Shown here: positions 8,225 through 16,007 of the stretch, piece by piece
Layout of the letters: each line of letters opens with the position of its first letter
Position numbering within the stretch: position 1 is the first letter of the stretch
Origin: an uncultured virus (IMG/VR IMGVR_UViG_3300042463_000956)
Lineage: Duplodnaviria; Heunggongvirae; Uroviricota; Caudoviricetes
Length of the DNA: 20,000 nt
IMG/VR virus record: IMGVR_UViG_3300042463_000956
Span: 58,542 to 78,541 of that record
Direction: 5' to 3' (one strand)
Program-made: the position numbers and the translations under genes
The notes under the pieces: model-generated
The model's database searches: none
Seen by the model: only the letters and a program-made list of their open reading frames with translations
Told to the model about the DNA's origin: nothing

Positions 8225-9368
8225 TATTAATTATTTTACAAATAAAGTTTATTTCTTCTGATGTAAGATTTTGGTGGTTTGGAATATAAAAACCATACTC
8301 ATTTACTTTTTCACAATTTGGTAAACTAACAAGCCCATAGTTTTCATACCACATAGGTTTATTTGACATATTACCAGCAATCAAAGGACGTACCTCAACA
8401 CCATTTTCAATTAACCTACTAACAATTTCTTTTTTATTTAATGATACAATTGGATATGCAAAATTTGATATAAAATTAGTTTCATTAATTGGTATTGTAA
8501 GTTCGTTTATTTTAATATTATTTCTATACTCAAAAAAGTTTTGATTTCTTCTTTTTGAATACCCATCCAATTTTTCAATAGCTCTTAAACCAATAAACGC
8601 TTGTAAGTCTGTTGACCTCAAATTAAAACCTGGTAAATAAAAATTATACAAAGAATCAAAATCATCCACATTATATTTTTGTCTTAATTCGATTTGTTTT
8701 TCTTTTGGTAAATCTCTATCCCAACCGTGACTTCTCATCATTAGTAATGTGTGGTAAAAATCTTCATCATTTGTGTTGATAAACCCACCTTCAATAGTAC
8801 TTAAATGGTGACCAAAATACATTGAAAAAAATGATGCAAAACCAAAAGAACCTAAATATCTTTCTTTGTGTTTAGATCCCATGCTTTCACAAACATCTTC
8901 CAATAATATAACATCATATTTTTCACACATTGAAACTATTTTTTCCATATCTGGTACTAACCCTAATGGCGACACTAATATTAGTGTCGATGGTGATTCT
9001 GTTTTAAAGATTTGTTCTAGATTTTCTAAATCACAAGATAAATCATCTAAATTACAATCACACATAATTGGTTGCATACCAAGTAACATTGGTGAACTAA
9101 CATCTGTTGCCCAACTCAAACCTGGAACAACAACTTTTTCATTCTTTAATTTATTTGAATACTTAAGTGCGGCAAGGGCAAGAAGTATTGAGGAAGATCC
9201 AGAATTAACAAATACAGAATATTTTGTTCCAATTTTTTTCGCCCATAAATCCTCCAACTTTAATGTTAAATCACCCTTAGTTAATCTAGGTATTTCATCT
9301 TGAGATAACCATTCAACTAGAGCATTAATATCTTCTTTATTTATTGTGTCGTTAACTAACTTTATCAT
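8217..9368 (-). CDS. colD: PLP-dependent GDP-4-keto-6-deoxy-D-mannose 3-dehydratase (ColD-like; DegT/DnrJ/EryC1/StrS superfamily)
   Basis: VFVNSGSS, SWAT, LLEDVCESMG, and SMYFGHHLSTIEGG with His rather than Lys at the PLP Schiff-base position; MRSHGWDRDLP and YLPGFNLR resemble ColD. It lacks the Cys-rich 2Fe-2S motif of the CDP-sugar E1 (RfbH/AscC). Lies near gmd and next to an fcl-like gene. Confidence 0.8.
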   Translation of the reverse strand: MIKLVNDTINKEDINALVEWLSQDEIPRLTKGDLTLKLEDLWAKKIGTKYSVFVNSGSSSILLALAALKYSNKLKNEKVVVPGLSWATDVSSPMLLGMQPIMCDCNLDDLSCDLENLEQIFKTESPSTLILVSPLGLVPDMEKIVSMCEKYDVILLEDVCESMGSKHKERYLGSFGFASFFSMYFGHHLSTIEGGFINTNDEDFYHTLLMMRSHGWDRDLPKEKQIELRQKYNVDDFDSLYNFYLPGFNLRSTDLQAFIGLRAIEKLDGYSKRRNQNFFEYRNNIKINELTIPINETNFISNFAYPIVSLNKKEIVSRLIENGVEVRPLIAGNMSNKPMWYENYGLVSLPNCEKVNEYGFYIPNHQNLTSEEINFICKIINNA

Positions 9369-10260
9369 AATAACTTTTATAAACTAATTTTATTCCTTGA
9401 GATAAGGATAATGGTTCAAATTCTGCTAGTAAAGATTTTAATTTATTTGTACAAACATCCTTTCTATATTGACCATTTGGTTTTGTTAAATCCCACCTTA
9501 TTTCCAAATCTTTGGCATCACAAGAGTCTAAAGCAATTTCAGCCATTTTTTTTATTGTTAAATTTTCATTACCGGCAATATTAAAATTTTCATAAATATT
9601 TTTGGTAATTACTTCATATATTATTTTTGCAAAATCATCGGCAAACATAAACTGTCTTAATGGTGTACCATCACCAAATAAGGTTATATGTTTTTCATTA
9701 TTTTGTTTTGCTATAAAAATTTTTTTAACCAATGCTGTAATAAAATGACTATTAGATTCGTGGTCTTTATCACCTAACCCATATAAATTACAAGGAATTA
9801 AGTATTGATATTTTGTACCATATTGTTTGTTGTACGCATCTATTTGTACTGCCATACTTCTTTTTGCATACCCATATGAAAAATTAGTACTTGTTGGTGG
9901 GCCAAAGTGTAAATCTGTTTCTTTCATCGGGTAGGATTCCATAATATCTGGAAAGATACAAGTACTCAAAATCCCAATAAATCTGTCTACATTATATTTT
10001 CTTGCATACTCAATTAATAAAGTATTCATTAAAACATTTTCTGTAAAATATTCTGCTGGTTTATTTATGTTGTCTAAAATACCACCAACCTTTGCCGCTA
10101 AATGAATTACAACATTTGGTTTATGATTTTCAAACATACTAATTACATCCGATTCTTTTGTTAAATCATAATCTTTTGAGGAAAGATAAATACCATCTGG
10201 GAGATATTTTTTTAAGTTGTTACCAACTAAACCACTACCACCAGTTATTAATATTTTCAT
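9352..10260 (-). CDS. fcl: GDP-4-keto-6-deoxymannose 3,5-epimerase/4-reductase (GDP-L-fucose synthase or ColC-like GDP-L-colitose synthase)
   Basis: ITGGSGLVG, HLAAKVGGI..N...PAEY, STCIFP (catalytic Cys), YGYAKR (YxxxK), PCNLYG, SHFITAL (catalytic His), GDGTPLRQF, KPNGQYRK. Confidence 0.9.
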   Translation of the reverse strand: MKILITGGSGLVGNNLKKYLPDGIYLSSKDYDLTKESDVISMFENHKPNVVIHLAAKVGGILDNINKPAEYFTENVLMNTLLIEYARKYNVDRFIGILSTCIFPDIMESYPMKETDLHFGPPTSTNFSYGYAKRSMAVQIDAYNKQYGTKYQYLIPCNLYGLGDKDHESNSHFITALVKKIFIAKQNNEKHITLFGDGTPLRQFMFADDFAKIIYEVITKNIYENFNIAGNENLTIKKMAEIALDSCDAKDLEIRWDLTKPNGQYRKDVCTNKLKSLLAEFEPLSLSQGIKLVYKSYYDKVS

Positions 10261-11192
10261 AAATTTTTTTCCGCTTTAAACCAATTATAAAAAAATTTTA
10301 ACCCATCTTCAATTGTAAATTTTGGTTCCCAATTTAAATCAGTTTTTATTTTTGTTGTGTTAGCTTTAGCAAACATTATATCACCATCTCTATGGTAATC
10401 AGTTATTATAATTTCAGATGTACTATTAGACAATTTTTTTAGTTTATGTGTAACATCTAAAATTTTTATTTCAGTCCCAGTACCAACGTCATATGTTTTA
10501 TAATTAGTTGAGGTGTTTTCTAAACATTTTATTGTTACATCTACAACATCCTCAACATAAATAAAATCTCTTGTCGGTATTCCATTATCAAATATCGTAA
10601 CCGATTTATTCTCTAAAAATAAATTACTAAAAATACTTATGATACCAGTGTACGGGTTATTTAAACTTTGCCCATCACCAAAAACATTTTGATATCTTAA
10701 AATTGTATAAGGAACTTTACTTGATGTTTTTATTAAGTTTTCTTGAGCAAGTTTTGTTACAGCATAAACAGATTTTGGGTCGACTATTGATGTTTCAGAG
10801 TTATTTTCCAAATCACCATAAACTGCCCTTGTTGATGATAGAATTATTTTTTTTACATTATTTTCATTTTTGTTTAAAAATTCTAACATAACTGAAGTTC
10901 CTACAACATTGGTATTAACATATCTAGTGATTTCATCCATAGATTGTCCAGTACCAGTTTCTGCCGCCAGATGAATAATATAGTCTGGGTTTTTTGATAT
11001 AACCTTTTTCCAGTCATCAATATTTGTAACATCGCCAAAAACGTATTCAACACCTTCAAGTAACTTTGGTTTTTCATTACCGTGTACCTGTTCTGAAAAA
11101 TTATCTAAAACAATTATTTCAAAACTTTCTTTTAATTTATTACAAATTTTGGTACCAATAAAACCAGCACCACCAGTTATTAATATTTTCAT
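10257..11192 (-). CDS. Extended SDR NAD-dependent sugar epimerase (WbiB/dTDP-L-rhamnose 4-epimerase-like)
   Basis: ITGGAGFIG, HLAAETGTGQSM, SSTRAVYG, SVYAVTK (YxxxK), LRYQNVFGDGQSLNNPYTGIISIF, TRDFIYVEDV. The AETGTGQS and QSLxNPYTGI motifs are typical of the WbiB-like subgroup; the substrate is uncertain. Confidence 0.8.
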   Translation of the reverse strand: MKILITGGAGFIGTKICNKLKESFEIIVLDNFSEQVHGNEKPKLLEGVEYVFGDVTNIDDWKKVISKNPDYIIHLAAETGTGQSMDEITRYVNTNVVGTSVMLEFLNKNENNVKKIILSSTRAVYGDLENNSETSIVDPKSVYAVTKLAQENLIKTSSKVPYTILRYQNVFGDGQSLNNPYTGIISIFSNLFLENKSVTIFDNGIPTRDFIYVEDVVDVTIKCLENTSTNYKTYDVGTGTEIKILDVTHKLKKLSNSTSEIIITDYHRDGDIMFAKANTTKIKTDLNWEPKFTIEDGLKFFYNWFKAEKNL

Positions 11193-11713
11193 AAATGTGA
11201 CTCAATAAATTTATTTATATTATTATTATTTAATAAATGAAGATTTTGTTTAATTTTTTCCAAATCCCAATTCCACCATTTTATTAACATCAGTTTTTCA
11301 ATAGTATCCTCATCAAAACGATACTTAATTAATTTAGCGGGATTACCACCATATATAGAATAAGGCGGAACATTATTAACAACATGAGAATTAGTTGCTA
11401 AAACTGAACCATCCCCAATCTTACAACCACTCATTATGGTAACGTTATCTCCTATCCACACATCATTGCCGATAATTATATCACCATTTGTTTTACCGTT
11501 GTTTAATTTGTTAGATAAAAAAATATTATTATGAACATACCCAAAAGGGTAGGTTGATACATTATTTGAATCGTGGTAACCATGTCCGTAATATACACTA
11601 ACATTTGAAGCAATACTACAAAATTTACCAATTATTAAATTTACGTTAGGAAACTCATTTACAAAAATTTTTTTAATATTTTGTTGTCCGTATGTGTATT
11701 CTCCTACTATCAT
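11189..11713 (-). CDS. Hexapeptide-repeat O-acetyltransferase (CatB/Vat-related XAT family)
   Basis: IGKFCSIA, H...STYPF, GDIIIGNDVWIG, VPPYSIYGGNPAKLIKYRF, IKWWNWD. Confidence 0.88.
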   Translation of the reverse strand: MIVGEYTYGQQNIKKIFVNEFPNVNLIIGKFCSIASNVSVYYGHGYHDSNNVSTYPFGYVHNNIFLSNKLNNGKTNGDIIIGNDVWIGDNVTIMSGCKIGDGSVLATNSHVVNNVPPYSIYGGNPAKLIKYRFDEDTIEKLMLIKWWNWDLEKIKQNLHLLNNNNINKFIESHL

Positions 11714-11715
11714 TT

Positions 11716-12378
11716 TTATTTAATAATTAAACCTTGGCCCGTAGGTAATGTTAATATTTTTTTATTTTTTTTCTCTATAAATTCATTATGGTGATAAAGT
11801 TGTGATTCACAACCTGGAAACCCATAGTCATCCAAAACAATAATACCACCGGGCACTATTTTATCCCAAAGTACTTCCATACACTCAATCTCCGGTTTAT
11901 ACGAATTTAAATCAACACTCAAAAAACAAATCTTTTTAATGTCTACCGTTTTAAGTGTGCTTGGTAAATACCCCTCAATAATTGATAGATTTTTTTTATT
12001 ACTATGATTTCTAACAACATCATCATACCAACTTCCATATTTAGAAAAATGATTAGTGTTATCGTATTCAGGACTTGTTCCTTTAAAACTATCAAACATA
12101 AAATACTGTTTACTTATATTCTCAAAATCCAAGTACTTATATATTGACGACATAAAAAATCCAAATCCACCACCACAATCAACAAAATCACCTTCTAAAT
12201 CTTTAACGGTGTGAGCAGCCCAGAGAATTGTGTGTATTCTCCATCTAATATCGTAATTACCCAAATAACCTTTAGTATCTGTGTTTACAACTTCATTGTA
12301 TGAAACCATAAAATCATCCTTGATCATAAAATCAGTGTTTGCGTCAGTGCAAATCAAATCACCACAATATTTTTTCAT
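11716..12378 (-). CDS. TylF/MycF/NovP-family sugar O-methyltransferase
   Basis: LEGDFVDCG, MFDSFKG, IIEGYLPSTL, ICFLSVDLN, LWDKIVPGGIIVLDDYG, LPTGQGLIIK. The start at 12378 (MKKYCGD) is preferred over 12393 because it gives an ATGA overlap with the upstream gene. Confidence 0.85.
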   Translation of the reverse strand: MKKYCGDLICTDANTDFMIKDDFMVSYNEVVNTDTKGYLGNYDIRWRIHTILWAAHTVKDLEGDFVDCGGGFGFFMSSIYKYLDFENISKQYFMFDSFKGTSPEYDNTNHFSKYGSWYDDVVRNHSNKKNLSIIEGYLPSTLKTVDIKKICFLSVDLNSYKPEIECMEVLWDKIVPGGIIVLDDYGFPGCESQLYHHNEFIEKKNKKILTLPTGQGLIIK

Positions 12379-13055
12379 TTTGTCAATAAACATAATTTAT
12401 TTATACCCCACATTGTTTTCGGTAATTCAAACATTTTACATTCTTTTACGTTATCTGTTAAGTATTGATTTTCGTTTTCATTTAAAAATGGACTATTAAA
12501 TTTTTTTGTCCCAATAAAAGATTCTAAAACAGAAACACTATCTTCACCTTCTTTAAAAGACATATCGTAACCATATAGATTTTTTCCTTGCCATACTTCA
12601 GAGTCAGAAGTATGTAAATCCTCAACCCAATACTGTCCACCTTCTTTAAGATATTTAAATAAAGTACCAAGTGAAATTTGTTGGTGTGAAATAACGTGTG
12701 AACCATCATCTATGATAATATCAAACCCGCCAATTCTTGATGCTAATTCATCTAATTCAGCTCTACTTGATTGATCACAAACATAAGTTGTTACTCTTTC
12801 ATTATTTTTATCATTTTGGTTTACAACATCAATTGCATGGATAGTTGAATTTGGGAAATAATCATACCACATTCTTAGTGATGGTCCTGAACCAACACCG
12901 ATTTCTAAAATGTTAAGTTTTTCAAATCTAATTTTTTCCATATATTCACCGTAAACGGAGGTAAAATGGAGTCTTGGTCCGTGATGCCCAACCGATGGTG
13001 CAATAGTACCTTTATCTGACGCATATTTATTTGCGATTTCTGATAGTAAATTCAT
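12375..13055 (-). CDS. Class I SAM-dependent sugar O-methyltransferase (MycE/TylE/ElmMI-like catalytic domain)
   Basis: KYASDKG, ILEIGVGSGPSLRMWYDYFPNSTIHAIDV, CDQSS, FDIIIDDGSH...HQ, LFKYLKEGGQYWVEDLHTS. Confidence 0.8.
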   Translation of the reverse strand: MNLLSEIANKYASDKGTIAPSVGHHGPRLHFTSVYGEYMEKIRFEKLNILEIGVGSGPSLRMWYDYFPNSTIHAIDVVNQNDKNNERVTTYVCDQSSRAELDELASRIGGFDIIIDDGSHVISHQQISLGTLFKYLKEGGQYWVEDLHTSDSEVWQGKNLYGYDMSFKEGEDSVSVLESFIGTKKFNSPFLNENENQYLTDNVKECKMFELPKTMWGINKLCLLTK

Positions 13056-13741
13056 AAGAAGTTTTTTGTTTTATAATAGTTTATTTCATTTGTGTGTTTT
13101 TCGTGTGAAACTAAATTAGAAACTTGATTATCTGACATTCTTACCGTCACACAATATTCGTTAATAAAAATTGGTTCACCATATTTTTTACCTAATCTTA
13201 TGTGCATATCTGAATCATTAATTATGATTAAGTTTTCGTCAAAAAGATTTAAAGATTCTTTATCGTTAATAAAAAAAGAAACGCTTGGACAGCCAATTAA
13301 TGTTCTAATATTTGAATCAATATATGGTAAAATTGGTCTATCAGTTGTCTGTAAGTTTTCGTAAAAATGATTAAAACCAACACCACCCCATTTTTTTAAT
13401 GTGTTTTCATTAATTGCATTATTTATTAACTCTAAAGTTTTAGGATTACAAAACCAATCATCCATATGCATTACTTTGATAAACTCACCAAGAGAATTTT
13501 TAATTCCAACGTTCATATTAATAGATGAGTTACCTCTACCAATGTTGTTTTTTATGTACTTTATTTTTAAGTTTGGGTAACTCTCTAAATACTTTTCTAT
13601 AACATCATCTAAACTATGATCCACGACAATAATTTCAAAATCATTAAAAGTTTGTTGATTAATACTTTCTAGTAATTTATCTAACAATTTAGTTGCTAAC
13701 CCATTATATTCGTATGTTGGTATTACAATTGAAAATTTCAT
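13052..13741 (-). CDS. Glycosyltransferase family 2
   Basis: MKFSIVIPTYE, SINQQTFNDFEIIVVDHS, NMNVGI, VMHMDDWF, IGCPS, FDENL...DSD. Confidence 0.88.
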   Translation of the reverse strand: MKFSIVIPTYEYNGLATKLLDKLLESINQQTFNDFEIIVVDHSLDDVIEKYLESYPNLKIKYIKNNIGRGNSSINMNVGIKNSLGEFIKVMHMDDWFCNPKTLELINNAINENTLKKWGGVGFNHFYENLQTTDRPILPYIDSNIRTLIGCPSVSFFINDKESLNLFDENLIIINDSDMHIRLGKKYGEPIFINEYCVTVRMSDNQVSNLVSHEKHTNEINYYKTKNFL

Positions 13742-14496
13742 GCGTTTAATTTTTTATTTATTTCTTCTTCTATTCTTGACCAAAAATCCGTATATTTTTT
13801 TGCCAATTCAAAGTTAATTTTAATATAGGGTAACATTTCAGAATATGTAGTTTCGTTTAACATATTTTTTTTAGATATTAACTCCTCAATGGAATCTACA
13901 ATTATAAAACCCCTAGTATCAAAATAATTACCAATATTTGGACATCCCCAATAAATAGGAATTGTTCCGGTCATAAGACAATCTATAATTTTTTCTGTAA
14001 ACCAGTTGTCTATTTTTTCATTTTCAATAATGATTGAGAACCTGTAATCTTTAAGTGCAGTAATTTTATTTTCAATCGGATTATAACCACCACCAAATAA
14101 ATCCAATTCCATAATATTACTTTGTATAATGTCGTGTCTTAATTTATGACCAACTGTTCTGCTTGCGGGTGAGGCTATAATTGAAATTTCTTTTGTCTTT
14201 TCATTTATTTTTTGGTCTTCTTCATTAATCCAACAAGACCCAAAAGGGAATAAAACACTATTCGGACATTTATTAAGTATGTCATTATTCCAAGCAAAAA
14301 TTATATCAAATTTATTTTGACTATATATAATCATTTGTACTATGTCTTTAATTGATGGTGGTTCTATCTGTACCAGAACCTTAAAGTCGGCATCGACTAT
14401 AGTTGTTGGTAAATCAAAAGCTATTGAAACTTTTTTATTAAAAAAAAGTTCTTTGTGTAAAGTACCCAACGTTGTCGCTTTTATATTTTTTTCCAT
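13738..14496 (-). CDS. GT10-like alpha-1,3/4-fucosyltransferase-fold protein
   Basis: C-terminal alpha-1,3-FucT motif KITALKDYRFSIIIEN....WFTEKIIDCLMTGTIPIYWG. Confidence 0.85.
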   Translation of the reverse strand: MEKNIKATTLGTLHKELFFNKKVSIAFDLPTTIVDADFKVLVQIEPPSIKDIVQMIIYSQNKFDIIFAWNNDILNKCPNSVLFPFGSCWINEEDQKINEKTKEISIIASPASRTVGHKLRHDIIQSNIMELDLFGGGYNPIENKITALKDYRFSIIIENEKIDNWFTEKIIDCLMTGTIPIYWGCPNIGNYFDTRGFIIVDSIEELISKKNMLNETTYSEMLPYIKINFELAKKYTDFWSRIEEEINKKLNA

Positions 14497-15248
14497 TCTT
14501 TTGGTATTAAATCATCTGTAATGTGTTTTGAATGCGCACCAAACCAAATTTTTGGTGCAAACACTTTTTTGTTTTTGTTATTATTTAACCAAGCGCCCCA
14601 CCAAGAAAATGTAGAATTTGCAATAACATTTTCACGACACATAGACATTAACCATAAATCATTATAGTCTGTATTCCCCTCAATAAAAATTACATTTTTA
14701 TCCTGGAAAATTAAATTTTCTTTACACCACAAAATATCATCAGAAAAAATTAATATGTTTTTAGATGTAGTTTCACTAATACATTTTTGGTAGTACTCTG
14801 GTGTTAAAGTTGGGTGTATATTTGCATATTTTAAATAATCACCTCGACGAACGTGAATAGAACAGGAATCCTCAAAATCAATATGACCATATTTTTTTTC
14901 AAGTAAACTTTTATTAAAATCATCAATTGAAAATAATTTTAATAATTCTTCACGGTATTTTAAAAAATATTTTTCACTCTGAAAATACCCATTTATAAAT
15001 AAATTTTTTAAGTTCGGAATTTTTTTATAATGAAAAAATGGTTCTTGATATTGGTTTTCATAAAAAACTAAACCATAGTTTAAATTTCTAAAAATATTAG
15101 TTTTGTAGGTTGACATGTGTTTATGAACTGTTACAATTTTACTTTCATCAACCACTAAACTGTCATTGTTATCAAGAGCAAAACTGTATGCCGCTGATAT
15201 TTGAAACAAGTAGTTCCCTAAACCTCCAGCTAAATTAACGCCAATCAT
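14481..15248 (-). CDS. GT11 alpha-1,2-fucosyltransferase/colitosyltransferase
   Basis: GGLGNYLFQ, GYFQSEKYF, SIHVRRGDY, IFSDDILWCKE, DLWLMSMC...IANSTFSWWGAWL. Confidence 0.93.
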   Translation of the reverse strand: MIGVNLAGGLGNYLFQISAAYSFALDNNDSLVVDESKIVTVHKHMSTYKTNIFRNLNYGLVFYENQYQEPFFHYKKIPNLKNLFINGYFQSEKYFLKYREELLKLFSIDDFNKSLLEKKYGHIDFEDSCSIHVRRGDYLKYANIHPTLTPEYYQKCISETTSKNILIFSDDILWCKENLIFQDKNVIFIEGNTDYNDLWLMSMCRENVIANSTFSWWGAWLNNNKNKKVFAPKIWFGAHSKHITDDLIPKEWKKI

Positions 15249-16006
15249 TTAATCCAATCCCAAGTTTTTATGTGTTCCACTAATTGTTCTCTATTCATCG
15301 ACATAACTTTTCTATATTCATTTCCATTATGGTTATACATAGGGTTTGCATCAGAACTGTTATGTGTTCTTTGGTGTGTTAAATGATATAATACACCATC
15401 TATTCGATAAATTTTATGACCCATTTTTTCTATTCTTCCAATTCTTTCCCAGTCTTCGTGACCCCAGGAAACAAAGTTTTCATTTTCCAAACCAATTTTA
15501 GTGTAAGAGTCTTTTTTAAAGAATATTGCACCACCCAATGAATTTGGATTAAATAATGTACAAGAGTCTAAACTAATCTTATCAAATTCGTTATTTGATA
15601 TATTATCAAAATATGTTGGTGGTATATCATAGAATTTACCAGCATACGGAAAAACAAAATCAGCACCAGTACCCAAGGCAAATCTAGATGCAACGTACTG
15701 TTCTGGTTTAAATAAAACATCAATATCGTAGTTTACAACAAAATTTGTTTTAGACATCTTGGTCATATCATTTAACATTTTTGTTCTATGAAATAAATGA
15801 CTATCATTTTTTTCAAAAACATAAGTTAATTTTTCTGATATTGATTTAACAAATTCTTCATTTGAAGTCTTGTCTGACTCCATAACAATTATGTTGGTAT
15901 CAAAATGTTTTTCTAGAAATGCAATTGTAATTCTAAAATTTCTTTTTCTATCTTCACTATCAAACCTTACTGGGATAATGAAAGTTACGTCTTTAAAATC
16001 TATCAT
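15245..16006 (-). CDS. GT-A glycosyltransferase with GT7-like (galactosyltransferase-type) C-terminal motif
   Basis: VTFIIPVR, FHRTKMLN, NYDIDV (DxD), SLGGAIF, GLENENFVSWGHEDWE (WGxED motif as in beta-1,4-GalT/GT7C), LYHLTH. Confidence 0.8.
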   Translation of the reverse strand: MIDFKDVTFIIPVRFDSEDRKRNFRITIAFLEKHFDTNIIVMESDKTSNEEFVKSISEKLTYVFEKNDSHLFHRTKMLNDMTKMSKTNFVVNYDIDVLFKPEQYVASRFALGTGADFVFPYAGKFYDIPPTYFDNISNNEFDKISLDSCTLFNPNSLGGAIFFKKDSYTKIGLENENFVSWGHEDWERIGRIEKMGHKIYRIDGVLYHLTHQRTHNSSDANPMYNHNGNEYRKVMSMNREQLVEHIKTWDWIK

Positions 16007-16007
16007 A

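Noticed and set aside
8866..9303. Plus-strand 145-aa ORF
   Set aside because: Entirely antisense to the well-supported colD-like gene; no motifs.
8217..9368. Annotation as perosamine synthase/DegT aminotransferase or as CDP-sugar E1 dehydrase (RfbH)
   Set aside because: His replaces the catalytic Lys, arguing against an aminotransferase. The Cys-rich Fe-S motif and CDP-glucose pathway genes are absent, arguing against E1.
6875..12709. Short nested ORFs 6875-7111 (-), 10703-10891 (+), 12281-12499 (+) and 12524-12709 (-)
   Set aside because: Alternative-frame or antisense ORFs inside conserved enzymes; lengths expected by chance.
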